IMG/VR virus record: IMGVR_UViG_3300009159_005447
Location: 6,447 to 70,446 of that record
Source: a virus
Direction: 5' to 3' (one strand)
DNA length: 64,000 bases
Part shown: positions 26,408 through 37,085 of the stretch, piece by piece
Layout of the letters: each line of letters starts with the position of its first letter
Numbering within the stretch: the stretch's first letter is position 1
Program-made: the position numbers and the translations under genes
Notes under the pieces: model-generated
The model's database searches: none
Told to the model about the DNA's origin: nothing
What the model saw: the letters and a program-made list of their open reading frames with translations, nothing else

Positions 26408-27223
26408 TTAATCAGCTTTGCCACATTTAGCACGTTTAGCATTGGTCAATGCACCGTAGTCAACTGGCCACTCTGCGCCTGGGTTAACCTCTTTAGCACC
26501 GGCAGGAAACTTATATGCCACACCTGCTTGCTTCATAATGTCTGCCACAGGCATACGGAATTTAGTCAAGTCATTGCCTAGATTAACATAAGGTTTAGTG
26601 TGTGGGAATCCCCAACCTGCTATTTCTTTAGTGGCATTGTTGATTACAATTTTATAGTAACCGTGTGGAACAATAACTCCATTGCCAATGGTAAGATCAC
26701 CAGCGCCATAGAATGCGCCAACGTATATGGTAAAAGGCTGGTTGAGTTGGACTGCCCAGCCTCTGACGGACGTCTCTAATAATTTCCATATTCCCCGATT
26801 TAAAGAGCCGTGCTGAGGATACATATTTGTCATTAAAAAACTTTCGTATTCCACTTGTTGGCTCCAGGATAAATCCCCGTCGGGCGCGGCGTGTCCTTTG
26901 TCATAGCCAGTGCCGGCATAATCATCCGGACGGGCGCCTGTGCCGCCTAGGCTTTGATCAGCAACAAATGCATTGGTGCGGGGAAAGCACCCTAATGCGT
27001 TTTGTGGTAATAGTGTGTAGGCAACATAAGCAGGGATCTTAACAGGTGCATCATATGCAACCAAGTATGCTTCACGGCAAATAGGCAGTGCTGGTCGTGC
27101 TGTTTGTGCAAAGCCGTAAGGGCTATGAACTTGGCAATTTTGTACGGGTAGCGGTGCTCGTTGATCCCAGGCTTGAACTTGAAACGCAACGACCGCTAGA
27201 ATAATCGATAATAATTTTTTCAT
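26408..27223 (-). CDS. secreted DNA/RNA non-specific endonuclease
   Basis: Signal peptide; YDKGH active site, SFLMTNMYPQ..LNRGIWKLLE. Confidence 0.9.
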   Translation of the reverse strand: MKKLLSIILAVVAFQVQAWDQRAPLPVQNCQVHSPYGFAQTARPALPICREAYLVAYDAPVKIPAYVAYTLLPQNALGCFPRTNAFVADQSLGGTGARPDDYAGTGYDKGHAAPDGDLSWSQQVEYESFLMTNMYPQHGSLNRGIWKLLETSVRGWAVQLNQPFTIYVGAFYGAGDLTIGNGVIVPHGYYKIVINNATKEIAGWGFPHTKPYVNLGNDLTKFRMPVADIMKQAGVAYKFPAGAKEVNPGAEWPVDYGALTNAKRAKCGKAD

Positions 27224-27260
27224 CTAGGGTCTCCTACGAGTATTTATGGAGACCCTAGAT
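27222..27260 (-). promoter_or_regulatory. RBS-sequestering hairpin with a late promoter in its loop
   Basis: 13-bp perfect stem ATCTAGGGTCTCC/GGAGACCCTAGAT around ATAAATA. Confidence 0.7.
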
Positions 27261-27265
27261 TCAAT

Positions 27266-27856
27266 TTACCGTTTGTCTACTACTTTATCTGCTAACCCGT
27301 ACTCTACGCTTTGAACTGCACTCATAAAGTTATCGCGATCCATATCTCGCTCAAGCTCTTCGTAGGTCTTATTTGAGGTATTGTGCTTGACGTAAAGGTT
27401 GGTCAAGTTGCGTTTCATAATCAAAATTTCTTCAACCTGGATTTTCATATCAGATGCTTTACCGCCTGCTCCGCCGCTGGGCTGATGAATCATATGTCTT
27501 GCACTGGGTAACATTAAACGTTTACCCGGTGCTCCTGCTTGTGCTAGCAAACTGCCCATAGAGCAGGCCTGCCCCATAACGATAGTTGACACATCAGGTT
27601 TGATGAACTGCATAGTATCGTAGATGGCCATACCAGCAGTAACAACCCCACCGGGACTATTGATATAAAAAAGAATATCTGTATCCGGATTGTCGCTTTC
27701 CAGAAATAGCAGTTGTGCAACAATTAGACTAGCACTGTGATCATTGACATCGGTGTCCAGCATAACAATGCGGTCTTTAAGTAAACGACTGTATAAATCG
27801 TAACTGCGTTCGCCTTGGCTGGTTCGTTCCAGAACCATTGGCACTAAATTTGGCAT
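27266..27856 (-). CDS. clpP: ATP-dependent Clp protease proteolytic subunit
   Basis: [40 protein letters not shown]. Confidence 0.95.
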   Translation of the reverse strand: MPNLVPMVLERTSQGERSYDLYSRLLKDRIVMLDTDVNDHSASLIVAQLLFLESDNPDTDILFYINSPGGVVTAGMAIYDTMQFIKPDVSTIVMGQACSMGSLLAQAGAPGKRLMLPSARHMIHQPSGGAGGKASDMKIQVEEILIMKRNLTNLYVKHNTSNKTYEELERDMDRDNFMSAVQSVEYGLADKVVDKR

Positions 27857-27895
27857 AATACTCCTTGATAGTTATAAGAGTATTATAACAGAAAA

Positions 27896-28384
27896 TTAGG
27901 ATAAGAACAAGTCTTGTGTTTTAAACCAACGACGTCGGCTATGGCTAACTTTGAGAGGAACACCATACTCTATTAGACGTTCTCGGTGTTCAAAGAAACT
28001 TGGACCGTGACTCATCAACCAATTCTTGCCGCCTTCTTGGCGCTCGGGTCCTCGGACGTCCCACTGATATTGGTGGCACATTTCGTGTGCTAAAGTTGCA
28101 ACCATCCATTGGGTGCTGTACCATTTATTCATTAGACGTATTTTACAATGACTTCCAGTATTTTCGTCTACTTGAAGTAGTCCATAACACATACCCCAGG
28201 CTTTTTGTATTGTACACAGTTGTAGTTCCGGTCTATATAACGCATTGTCAAATACGTAACGATTCAGAATGTTATATGTAGATACAACTTCTTTCATTGT
28301 TGGACGATAGCACAATCGTCTCTGAAGTGTCTTGGGCGGCAATGGTGTTGCCATTAGAACTCTAATTGGATTTGGTCTTGCCAT
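27896..28384 (-). CDS. SprT-like zinc metalloprotease
   Basis: TLAHEMCH, SHGPSF. Confidence 0.75.
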   Translation of the reverse strand: MARPNPIRVLMATPLPPKTLQRRLCYRPTMKEVVSTYNILNRYVFDNALYRPELQLCTIQKAWGMCYGLLQVDENTGSHCKIRLMNKWYSTQWMVATLAHEMCHQYQWDVRGPERQEGGKNWLMSHGPSFFEHRERLIEYGVPLKVSHSRRRWFKTQDLFLS

Positions 28385-28484
28385 AGTACACTACCCTTTA
28401 CTGTTATAGATATTTATTATACGTTAGTAGAATAAAAAAAACGACACTGAATAGTGTCGTTTTCTGGGTAGTTAATTACCTAAA

Positions 28485-28799
28485 TTAAGCGGCTTTTTTG
28501 CTGGCAGCTTTGGCAACAGGGCTCATAACAGATTTAGTTAAATCGGTGTAGACCTTGGTAAAAGTTTCGGACATTTTTGTGTAATCAGCTTTGGCAGTTT
28601 CTGCTACTGTTTTGGCAAATTCTTGTCCAACTGTGGTCATTGTGTCTGTGCTAGTCTTCAATGCCTTGCGTGTGTAATCAGTTTGAGCATCAATGAAATC
28701 ATTGAATGCTTTGGCAAGCACTTCATTTTGAACGAATGTGCTGACTACTTGTTTTTTGCTGTTTTGTACTGCTTCGATGGTGCTATCTAGTGTAAACAT
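28485..28799 (-). CDS. phasin-like helical protein (start MFTLDS)
   Basis: AAGGAG SD; amphipathic Ala/Lys/Thr-rich helices. Confidence 0.5.
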   Translation of the reverse strand: MFTLDSTIEAVQNSKKQVVSTFVQNEVLAKAFNDFIDAQTDYTRKALKTSTDTMTTVGQEFAKTVAETAKADYTKMSETFTKVYTDLTKSVMSPVAKAASKKAA

Positions 28800-28968
28800 A
28801 GTTTCTCCTTTAGACGAAAGTTTACTATTGTGACCCGCCCTGTGCGGCATCCCAATTCTTACATTGTACACTTATTTATGTTGCGATGCAACATATTTTT
28901 TAATTTTTTCTAGTGAGCTGTCACTAAGTAAATACATAACATTCAAGTTAACTTGCAAGGAGAAAAGA

Positions 28969-29283
28969 ATGGAATTTTTATTATTATTAGCAGCCGTAGC
29001 AATCGGTTACGTAATTTGGACCAACGTAAAAAAGTCCGAAGAAGTTGTAAATGAAGTCATTGAGCAGGCTCCACCTTACAAAGTGGAAGCACCGGCTCCT
29101 GCGGTAACTGAAGCAGTTAAGCCTGCGGAAGTTGTTGCAGAACCAGTGGTTGAGGCCAAGAAACCAGCTGCCAAAAGAGCACCGGCTAAAAAGCCAGCTG
29201 TTCAGAAAGCCCCAGCTAAAACTACAGCGGCTAAAAAGCCAGCTGTTAAGAAGGCACCAGCCAGAACGACTAAGAAGATTTAA
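28969..29283 (+). CDS. membrane-anchored protein with PAKK histone-H1-like tail
   Basis: AAGGAG SD, TAAATA upstream; N-terminal TM helix; KKPAAKRAPAKKPA repeats. Confidence 0.7.
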   Translation: MEFLLLLAAVAIGYVIWTNVKKSEEVVNEVIEQAPPYKVEAPAPAVTEAVKPAEVVAEPVVEAKKPAAKRAPAKKPAVQKAPAKTTAAKKPAVKKAPARTTKKI

Positions 29284-29298
29284 TAGTTTTTGAACTCG

Positions 29299-29325
29299 TT
29301 AAAAAAGGACCCTAGGGTCCTTTTT
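29299..29325. terminator. bidirectional terminator
   Basis: AAAAAAGGACCC TA GGGTCCTTTTT between convergent genes. Confidence 0.8.
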
Positions 29326-29328
29326 CTA

Positions 29329-30360
29329 TTAGAGCACACCTAATTTCTTGGCGTGCTCTGCAAAAGCAAAACTGGCTAAATTTTTACCTTTAGCTTCACA
29401 CATAATATCGTGTGTGGCTAAGAATCCAACAGCCCAATCATTGACAGCATCGTTCCAAAAGAAATCAGAATGTGCTCTAAGTTTTTGTTTCTTATACCCT
29501 TGCTCAATCAGCGCATCACGGGAGGGATGTTGGTCACGGGGGTATTGTTCAATATAATCGTCCCTACTGACACTGTAATGTAAAGTAGGACGCACACCGC
29601 GCCAGCTATCCATAACACGTTTAACGCGATCATCAGACGGTTGTATATATTCACCTTCGCGGATCCAATGATGATGTATATCAAGCACAATAGGTACAAT
29701 GTCAGCAATAGAAAGGCAATCAAGTATTCCATAAGTTATTTCTTCGTTTTCGATAGTAATTGTATTACGTGCCTCGGCACTTAATCTAGGGTAGACTTTT
29801 CTAATGCCAGCAGTACCGGCTCTGCCGGAGATGTGAACATTGACTTTAAAGTCTTGAAAAGTTTTGCCGTAGCCCATCCATCGGACCATATCGGCGTGAT
29901 ATTCAAATTCTTCTACACTGCGCTCAACTATTTCAGGGTTCTCACTAGCAAGAACAGTAAACTGGCCAGGATGAAAACTAAGCCTAACCCCAAGAGCTCG
30001 AGCACGAGCACCAACGTGCCCAAAGCCACGTTCGCAGTAAGCCAAAACATCAGGGCGATGGTAAAAATAACCCCAAGTAGGCTCGGTATATACAGGCAAA
30101 AGATCGCTACTAAGGCGGACCATACGAAGATGCGTTTCAAGTTGACCAACTCTTTCTACTAGCTGACTAGTAGCCTCAATGTTTTGGACCATTAGGTCCC
30201 ATAACTTTTGTTCTGCTACTGCCTTGCTTTGCCTATTTAGCCAAGCCACGGTAGTTGCACCGGTATTATATTTTTTGCAGTCGTCTTTGGGTTTAATACC
30301 ATTGACTTGGTCAGAATGATCGATCCACTTGCAGGCAAAACCAATTCGAGGAGTAGTCAT
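29329..30360 (-). CDS. uvsE: UV DNA damage endonuclease (UvsE/UVDE)
   Basis: RIGFAC, RLSSD, RLSFHPGQF, IENEE, LDIHHH, HYS, AHSD, MCEAKGK. Confidence 0.9.
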   Translation of the reverse strand: MTTPRIGFACKWIDHSDQVNGIKPKDDCKKYNTGATTVAWLNRQSKAVAEQKLWDLMVQNIEATSQLVERVGQLETHLRMVRLSSDLLPVYTEPTWGYFYHRPDVLAYCERGFGHVGARARALGVRLSFHPGQFTVLASENPEIVERSVEEFEYHADMVRWMGYGKTFQDFKVNVHISGRAGTAGIRKVYPRLSAEARNTITIENEEITYGILDCLSIADIVPIVLDIHHHWIREGEYIQPSDDRVKRVMDSWRGVRPTLHYSVSRDDYIEQYPRDQHPSRDALIEQGYKKQKLRAHSDFFWNDAVNDWAVGFLATHDIMCEAKGKNLASFAFAEHAKKLGVL

Positions 30361-30414
30361 AATATAATAGCTAAAAACTAAGTTAAGCTATTATAGCAAA
30401 CTTTTTGGTTTAGG

Positions 30415-31494
30415 TCAAGCCGTTACTGTTCCGAATTTTGCCCAACGTGCGCCACCTAAACTTACCCATCCAATTGGGCTACCGATTTCGGGTTCGGTAT
30501 TCCAGACAATAGTTCCCATTGCGCGATCGTCGTCGGGTACTTGGTTTCCGCTGGTATGGCGGATTGAACCAATCTTAATGACGTTAACCGAAACACTGCC
30601 ATCTGGATTGATGACCAGATTGTGTTGTTTGTTGGAACTTAACACCATACGCTGTGCCTTTGGCACACCAACTATAGCATAATCTTTTTCCAACTTGCCC
30701 AATACAATTTGGACTTCTTGGTCCCAAACGTCCAGCACAGATTCTGGATCCATAGTGTTAATGCCAACACGATTTTGGCTTACATAAACTGTTTCGTCTA
30801 GTAGAGTTTCGCCGATTACTTGTAGCTCTTTTAGTGCGCCAACTTTTTGTAAGTTACTGTTCAAGATTCCGGGTGCCAACGCACCGTCACGTACAATACG
30901 GATTCCTTGATGTTTAACGTAATCAGAATTAATACCATTGATCTTGATGTGTTCCATCATATGATTTTGAAAGTTTTCCAATAAGCCAACAGTTAATTCT
31001 TGCTGTACCTTGGCCATTGTTGCATCGGAAATATCCCGGAACAACTTACTGTCTGCGGATATGCTACCACTTAAAGTTAAATCGCCTTCAATGACAGCAT
31101 TACCAGCAACACGTAGTTCTTTGGTTACCAATTGATTTTCAAATACAGTAGCTTGATCTAAAATTGTTAGTTGTGTTCCAGTGGATTGATCCTGTATACC
31201 AGTAGATTCAAAATTACGTAGCGTTCCGCCGGCGATCTGATCTGCCTTGATCCATAGACCTTCGGGATCAATGGCACGGCCCGGAACGCTACGATCAGGG
31301 AACCCAAACGTCTTAGTTTTGGAGTTTAAAACATTGCTCACGTGCTCACGTACAACTGTGGCAATGTCAATTTTGCCCAGTTGTTCATTTACATTGTTTA
31401 GTACAGAGCGAGTGACCTGCGCCTGTAACTCAGATAGAAAGTTGTCGGTAACCGACTTGAATAGTACTTGTGTAGTTTCGTTCAATTGACTCAT
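30415..31494 (-). CDS. hypothetical protein (possibly structural)
   Basis: 359 aa; RVGINT..P motif and C-terminal GWV..G.W..FG as seen in fibre-like proteins. Confidence 0.6.
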   Translation of the reverse strand: MSQLNETTQVLFKSVTDNFLSELQAQVTRSVLNNVNEQLGKIDIATVVREHVSNVLNSKTKTFGFPDRSVPGRAIDPEGLWIKADQIAGGTLRNFESTGIQDQSTGTQLTILDQATVFENQLVTKELRVAGNAVIEGDLTLSGSISADSKLFRDISDATMAKVQQELTVGLLENFQNHMMEHIKINGINSDYVKHQGIRIVRDGALAPGILNSNLQKVGALKELQVIGETLLDETVYVSQNRVGINTMDPESVLDVWDQEVQIVLGKLEKDYAIVGVPKAQRMVLSSNKQHNLVINPDGSVSVNVIKIGSIRHTSGNQVPDDDRAMGTIVWNTEPEIGSPIGWVSLGGARWAKFGTVTA

Positions 31495-31501
31495 AGCATC
31501 C

Positions 31502-32227
31502 TCAGAATTTAATAGTAATCACGTGCTCATAATTTTTCTTAATGATACTCTTGTACATAAGGTTTTTATGAACGTAAAAATTGCTAGCCCCAGCGTCGAT
31601 GCTGAATTTGGCTAACTGTTTAAAATACATATTTCGTCTAGCAAAAGGACCATACGTGGCACAGCTCAAATCATTGATTACATAATTTTTACTGTCGGCA
31701 CTGTTCTTGTCCTTTAGGCTATAATTGTAGTGTTCTAGATATATTTTATTTTCTTGGTTGCCGCGAATCATTATAGGTTGGCTGAACTCGCGGTCTTTAA
31801 AATCTTGATTTTTGTAATCTCTTAGGGTAGTAATGATTACATCAGCAGTGACAGCGGCTAGTTGATTTACTAAATCTCTTTGCTCTTGATCGCTATTGGC
31901 AAATGTGAAATATTCATCTGCGGCAATGACTACACTGTATTTTTTTGATTTGCTGGCAGTGGCAAGATCTATGTGAGTGTATGCACATTTTTGTGCATCT
32001 AAGAATGTAAGTACTTCGACACTTACTGATGTGATATTAAAGTTTTTTGAACCTAACCCTAAGCACCAAGGACTAAAACCCACAAACAATATATCGGTAT
32101 TTGCAAGTCCGTAGTGGTCTAGTACTTCTTGAAGAAGATCTTGTTTTTTGCTGATTACGTCAGATGGTTTTGTGTTGTGAACAAACCCGTCTAACAAAAT
32201 GTCGCTGTATTGGGTAAAGGTTGTCAT
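31502..32227 (-). CDS. hypothetical protein (degenerate methyltransferase-like fold possible)
   Basis: 241 aa; DILFVG segment; TAAATA upstream. Confidence 0.55.
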   Translation of the reverse strand: MTTFTQYSDILLDGFVHNTKPSDVISKKQDLLQEVLDHYGLANTDILFVGFSPWCLGLGSKNFNITSVSVEVLTFLDAQKCAYTHIDLATASKSKKYSVVIAADEYFTFANSDQEQRDLVNQLAAVTADVIITTLRDYKNQDFKDREFSQPIMIRGNQENKIYLEHYNYSLKDKNSADSKNYVINDLSCATYGPFARRNMYFKQLAKFSIDAGASNFYVHKNLMYKSIIKKNYEHVITIKF

Positions 32228-32291
32228 TATTGTTGTTTGTTACGGAAACTCTTTGTATTTATGAGTTCCGTTGCTTCACAACTAACAACGA

Positions 32292-32600
32292 TCAGCTGAC
32301 CTTTAATCTTTCCAGGATGATTTGATAGAAACTATCTAATTCCCCGCCAAATCTGCCTACTAAATGGCCGATAAGTTCTTCACAAGGGGCATAGTTCTTC
32401 TGTTTTATATGTTCTACTAAAGTCTGATGTAACTTAGTATATCTATCTATTGATGGTAGCTCATTGGCAGGAATAAGGTCACCGGGTACTAGACAAAAGC
32501 ATTCTAATTTTTGTCCATCAACATCAAAGGTTTCTAGTTCTAATACTATATACCGTTGTGCCAATTCCTCGGCCGACTTCCTGTTAAAAATTATATTCAC
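32292..32600 (-). CDS. hypothetical protein
   Basis: 102 aa, coupled to the upstream exonuclease gene. Confidence 0.65.
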   Translation of the reverse strand: MNIIFNRKSAEELAQRYIVLELETFDVDGQKLECFCLVPGDLIPANELPSIDRYTKLHQTLVEHIKQKNYAPCEELIGHLVGRFGGELDSFYQIILERLKVS

Positions 32601-33142
32601 TTGCGTTCAAATCTAGGTTTAACACCTTGTTGTGCATAAATCTCTTGCACACCTATTGCTTGGTAAACACAATCCATTAAAGCATTGTGTGCATTTTTTC
32701 TATACTTGTCTCGTGGGTCACCAAAGACACCAAACAAAGTTCTACTGTCCCGTACTTGGTAAAATTGCCAAGGGGTGGGTTTACCTATTTGTCTATATAA
32801 GTCTTCGATGATGACCATATCAAAGGCAGGACCTTGACACCAAATTTGGTCCACACCCACCATCATCTTATTAAGAACTTTTGTAAACTGATCGATGCTG
32901 ATACGCCCGTCAATGCCCAGTGCAGCCTCCCGAACTTCTTCAGGTTGTTTGGCCCACCAATCTAGTGTTTCATCTTGGACGTGGCGCCCAAGAGCAGTTT
33001 GCTCATCAACATCAATCTTAACATCCAATCCCTCCTCAGCATCAATTCGTCCGCTAAAAGGATCAAATTTAACAGCACCCACACTGAGTATAACTGCATT
33101 AGGTTTTGTACTTAAAGTTTCAATGTCAAGCATCAGGTCCAT
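32597..33142 (-). CDS. DEDDh 3'-5' exonuclease (DexA/RNase AS-like)
   Basis: MLDIETL, WCQGPAFD, RDSRT, HNALMDC. Confidence 0.85.
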   Translation of the reverse strand: MDLMLDIETLSTKPNAVILSVGAVKFDPFSGRIDAEEGLDVKIDVDEQTALGRHVQDETLDWWAKQPEEVREAALGIDGRISIDQFTKVLNKMMVGVDQIWCQGPAFDMVIIEDLYRQIGKPTPWQFYQVRDSRTLFGVFGDPRDKYRKNAHNALMDCVYQAIGVQEIYAQQGVKPRFERK

Positions 33143-33596
33143 TTTTTGCTTCCGCTTCTGCTACACGTTTGCGTAGACTGGAACTACTAAAGGAATGATC
33201 TCGTCCATTGTAGACAATTTCGATTCCGCGTCTGTGACAAATTTCTTTACCAGTAAAGTCTTTGTCTTTGTATTCTACACCTAGTATACGCACATCCACA
33301 GGCAATGTCAAAAGAATGTCTTCCAAATCTTTTTCTCTGTTGTAAACAACTATTTCGTCTACAAAACGAGTAGCACTTAATTGGATCTGACGCTCCACGA
33401 TACTTTGAATTGGAGAATTCTTTTCCGGACGATCCCAGCTGGCATTGTTTTGTAATCCTGCAATCAAATAATCACAGTGGTTCTTAGCTTCTGCCAACAT
33501 AGCAATATGACCGGCGTGTAACATATCAAATTGGCTAAAAGTGATACCAATTTTCATTCCCTGATCTTTGAGCTCTTTAATCTTATTAAATATCAT
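33126..33596 (-). CDS. cytidylyltransferase (TagD/RfaE-like)
   Basis: FDMLHAGH, DYLIAGL, SSSSLR. Confidence 0.85.
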   Translation of the reverse strand: MIFNKIKELKDQGMKIGITFSQFDMLHAGHIAMLAEAKNHCDYLIAGLQNNASWDRPEKNSPIQSIVERQIQLSATRFVDEIVVYNREKDLEDILLTLPVDVRILGVEYKDKDFTGKEICHRRGIEIVYNGRDHSFSSSSLRKRVAEAEAKNGPDA

Positions 33597-34102
33597 TAGT
33601 TACTGTCCACAAAATCAATTACATTACCTTCTTCGTCGGCGCAGATAATACGAACATTGCCTTCTTCGTCTTCAACCTCCAACGGTCCCCAAACCCATAC
33701 TTCCGTATCGCTTAGGTACCAGTCACCGTCCCCATCTTCTTCTACAGCATACGAACCGTCTTCTTCGATAAGAGCCGTTAAACGGGCAACTTCGTCTTCG
33801 TCCTCGATTCCTTCAATTTCAATATCTCCCCAGCAACCACCATCAAACATTTCAATAAGCTCTGAGCTTTCAATGTTGTTGCCGTACAGGCTGTTTAAAT
33901 CCAGGCTGTCTTTTTTACCATCCCCGCCGGGTACTTCTGTAAATTCAATCTCAGGGAAATTATCGTCACTGGTCTCAATTGAATATTCTGCAAAACGATA
34001 ACCATCTCGCACAATAATTTTACCATCGGTTTCACGATTGTAAAAGTATTCAATTTGTTCGCAAGATTTTTTGTAGTGAGTTCTGATGGTCCATAGTGCC
34101 AT
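33596..34102 (-). CDS. acidic hypothetical protein
   Basis: 168 aa; AAGGA SD. Confidence 0.65.
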   Translation of the reverse strand: MALWTIRTHYKKSCEQIEYFYNRETDGKIIVRDGYRFAEYSIETSDDNFPEIEFTEVPGGDGKKDSLDLNSLYGNNIESSELIEMFDGGCWGDIEIEGIEDEDEVARLTALIEEDGSYAVEEDGDGDWYLSDTEVWVWGPLEVEDEEGNVRIICADEEGNVIDFVDSN

Positions 34103-34175
34103 TATAGTTCCTTTAGAAAAACTTAATTTTACACTATTTTTTTAACAATGCCAAGTATTTCGGCAAGAGTCAGTG

Positions 34176-34280
34176 TTATTTGGTGCCGCAGTTACAACTG
34201 CGTCCTTGGACACAGTTTTGGTTACAGTGTGGGTTTGGTTTGAAGAATTCTTTAAAGAATCCTAGTATAGACTTGATCAT
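34176..34280 (-). CDS. 34-aa Cys-rich peptide, not in ORF track
   Basis: MIKSILGFFKEFFKPNPHCNQNCVQGRSCNCGTK*; ATGA overlap with the clpS stop. Confidence 0.55.
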   Translation of the reverse strand: MIKSILGFFKEFFKPNPHCNQNCVQGRSCNCGTK

Positions 34281-34591
34281 TCTGCTTCAAGTTTAACTTG
34301 TAGTGGGAACCCGTGACTACGGGCTAAAATGGTAACTTCAATGCCTTTTTGCTCAGCTAATTCATAAGGCATAACAGCAACTACAGCAGATCCATCATCG
34401 TGAATCTTTTGAGTTAATTGCATCGCAGATTCTCTGGATATATCAAACACGCTAACTAAACTTTCAACCACAAATTCCATTGTAGTAGTGTCGTCATTAA
34501 GATATATAACTCGAAACAAACTAGGCTCCTTAAAGTCAGTGTTTGGGTTAATTTTTGGTTTTATAATAGTGTCTGTGATAGCATCTGTCAT
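34277..34591 (-). CDS. clpS: Clp protease adaptor ClpS
   Basis: VIYLNDDTTTMEFVV, IHDDGSAVVAV, AEQK, FPL. Confidence 0.9.
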   Translation of the reverse strand: MTDAITDTIIKPKINPNTDFKEPSLFRVIYLNDDTTTMEFVVESLVSVFDISRESAMQLTQKIHDDGSAVVAVMPYELAEQKGIEVTILARSHGFPLQVKLEAE

Positions 34592-34630
34592 TAATATCTT
34601 TCAAAATGCGGGGTTTCCCCCGCATTGTAT

Positions 34631-35083
34631 TTACTTGTCGGCTGAAGTGATTGCAATTTTACGTGGTTTCAATCCCTCGGGAATTTCGCGTTCAAGATTG
34701 ATAATTAGCATACCGTTCTTGATTACTGCATCCTTGACAATTACGTGATCACCCAACGGAATGGTACGTTTAAAGCTACGGGTACTAATACCCTTGTAGA
34801 TATAATTTACCTCATCTTTGTTGGCAGATTTTTCCCCGGTAATGGTGAGGTTATTACCTGCTACGTCCACATCAATCTCATCCAATTGAAAACCGGCAAC
34901 TGCAACCTCTAGGGCAAAGTTGTTGTTATCATATTTGATAATATTGTATGGAGGGTAGTTAGTACTGGTGTTTGATAATTGTTCGTGTGTACGAGCCAAT
35001 TGTTCAAATACCTCGTCAAACCCTACGGTAAAACGAGTTAGTGGTGAAAAGTCTATACGACCTATTGTTAGTCTTTCTGTCAT
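34631..35083 (-). CDS. small heat-shock protein Hsp20 (IbpA-like)
   Basis: YPPYNI, LEVAVAGF, YKGISTRSFKR, NGMLII. Confidence 0.9.
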   Translation of the reverse strand: MTERLTIGRIDFSPLTRFTVGFDEVFEQLARTHEQLSNTSTNYPPYNIIKYDNNNFALEVAVAGFQLDEIDVDVAGNNLTITGEKSANKDEVNYIYKGISTRSFKRTIPLGDHVIVKDAVIKNGMLIINLEREIPEGLKPRKIAITSADK

Positions 35084-35171
35084 TTTTATCTCCTTATTAA
35101 GCAAGACTTGTGTAGGGCCCGATTATCGGCACCCTACATTTAATTATACTAAATTAGCTAGCATTTGTCAA
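35084..35171 (-). promoter_or_regulatory. sigma70 promoter plus ROSE-like RNA thermometer leader of hsp20
   Basis: TTGACA-17-TATAAT; hairpin TGTAGGG..CCCTACA; TCTTGCT-TAATA-AGGAGA anti-SD hairpin. Confidence 0.65.
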
Positions 35172-35173
35172 CA

Positions 35174-36799
<1,626 letters not shown>

Positions 36800-37081
36800 T
36801 TACTCGATGATTGCCAACACATCTTCTTCTTTTAAGACGATATGTTCTTGATTATTGATTTTGACTGTTTGTCCAGCAAATTTGCTATACATAACTACGT
36901 CGCCTTGTTTAACTTCCATTGGAATGACAATACCCTCATCGGTAACTCTGCCAGACCCAGCTGCCACTACAGTACCCCTTAGGGGTTTCTCTTGTGCATT
37001 GTCTGGGATAACAATGCCAGACGCTGTTACGCTTTCGCCTTCTAGCGGTTTGACTAAGATTCTATCTCGAGTTGGTTTCAT
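36800..37081 (-). CDS. groES: co-chaperonin GroES (start MKPTRDR)
   Basis: [26 protein letters not shown]. Confidence 0.95.
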   Translation of the reverse strand: MKPTRDRILVKPLEGESVTASGIVIPDNAQEKPLRGTVVAAGSGRVTDEGIVIPMEVKQGDVVMYSKFAGQTVKINNQEHIVLKEEDVLAIIE

Positions 37082-37085
37082 AATT

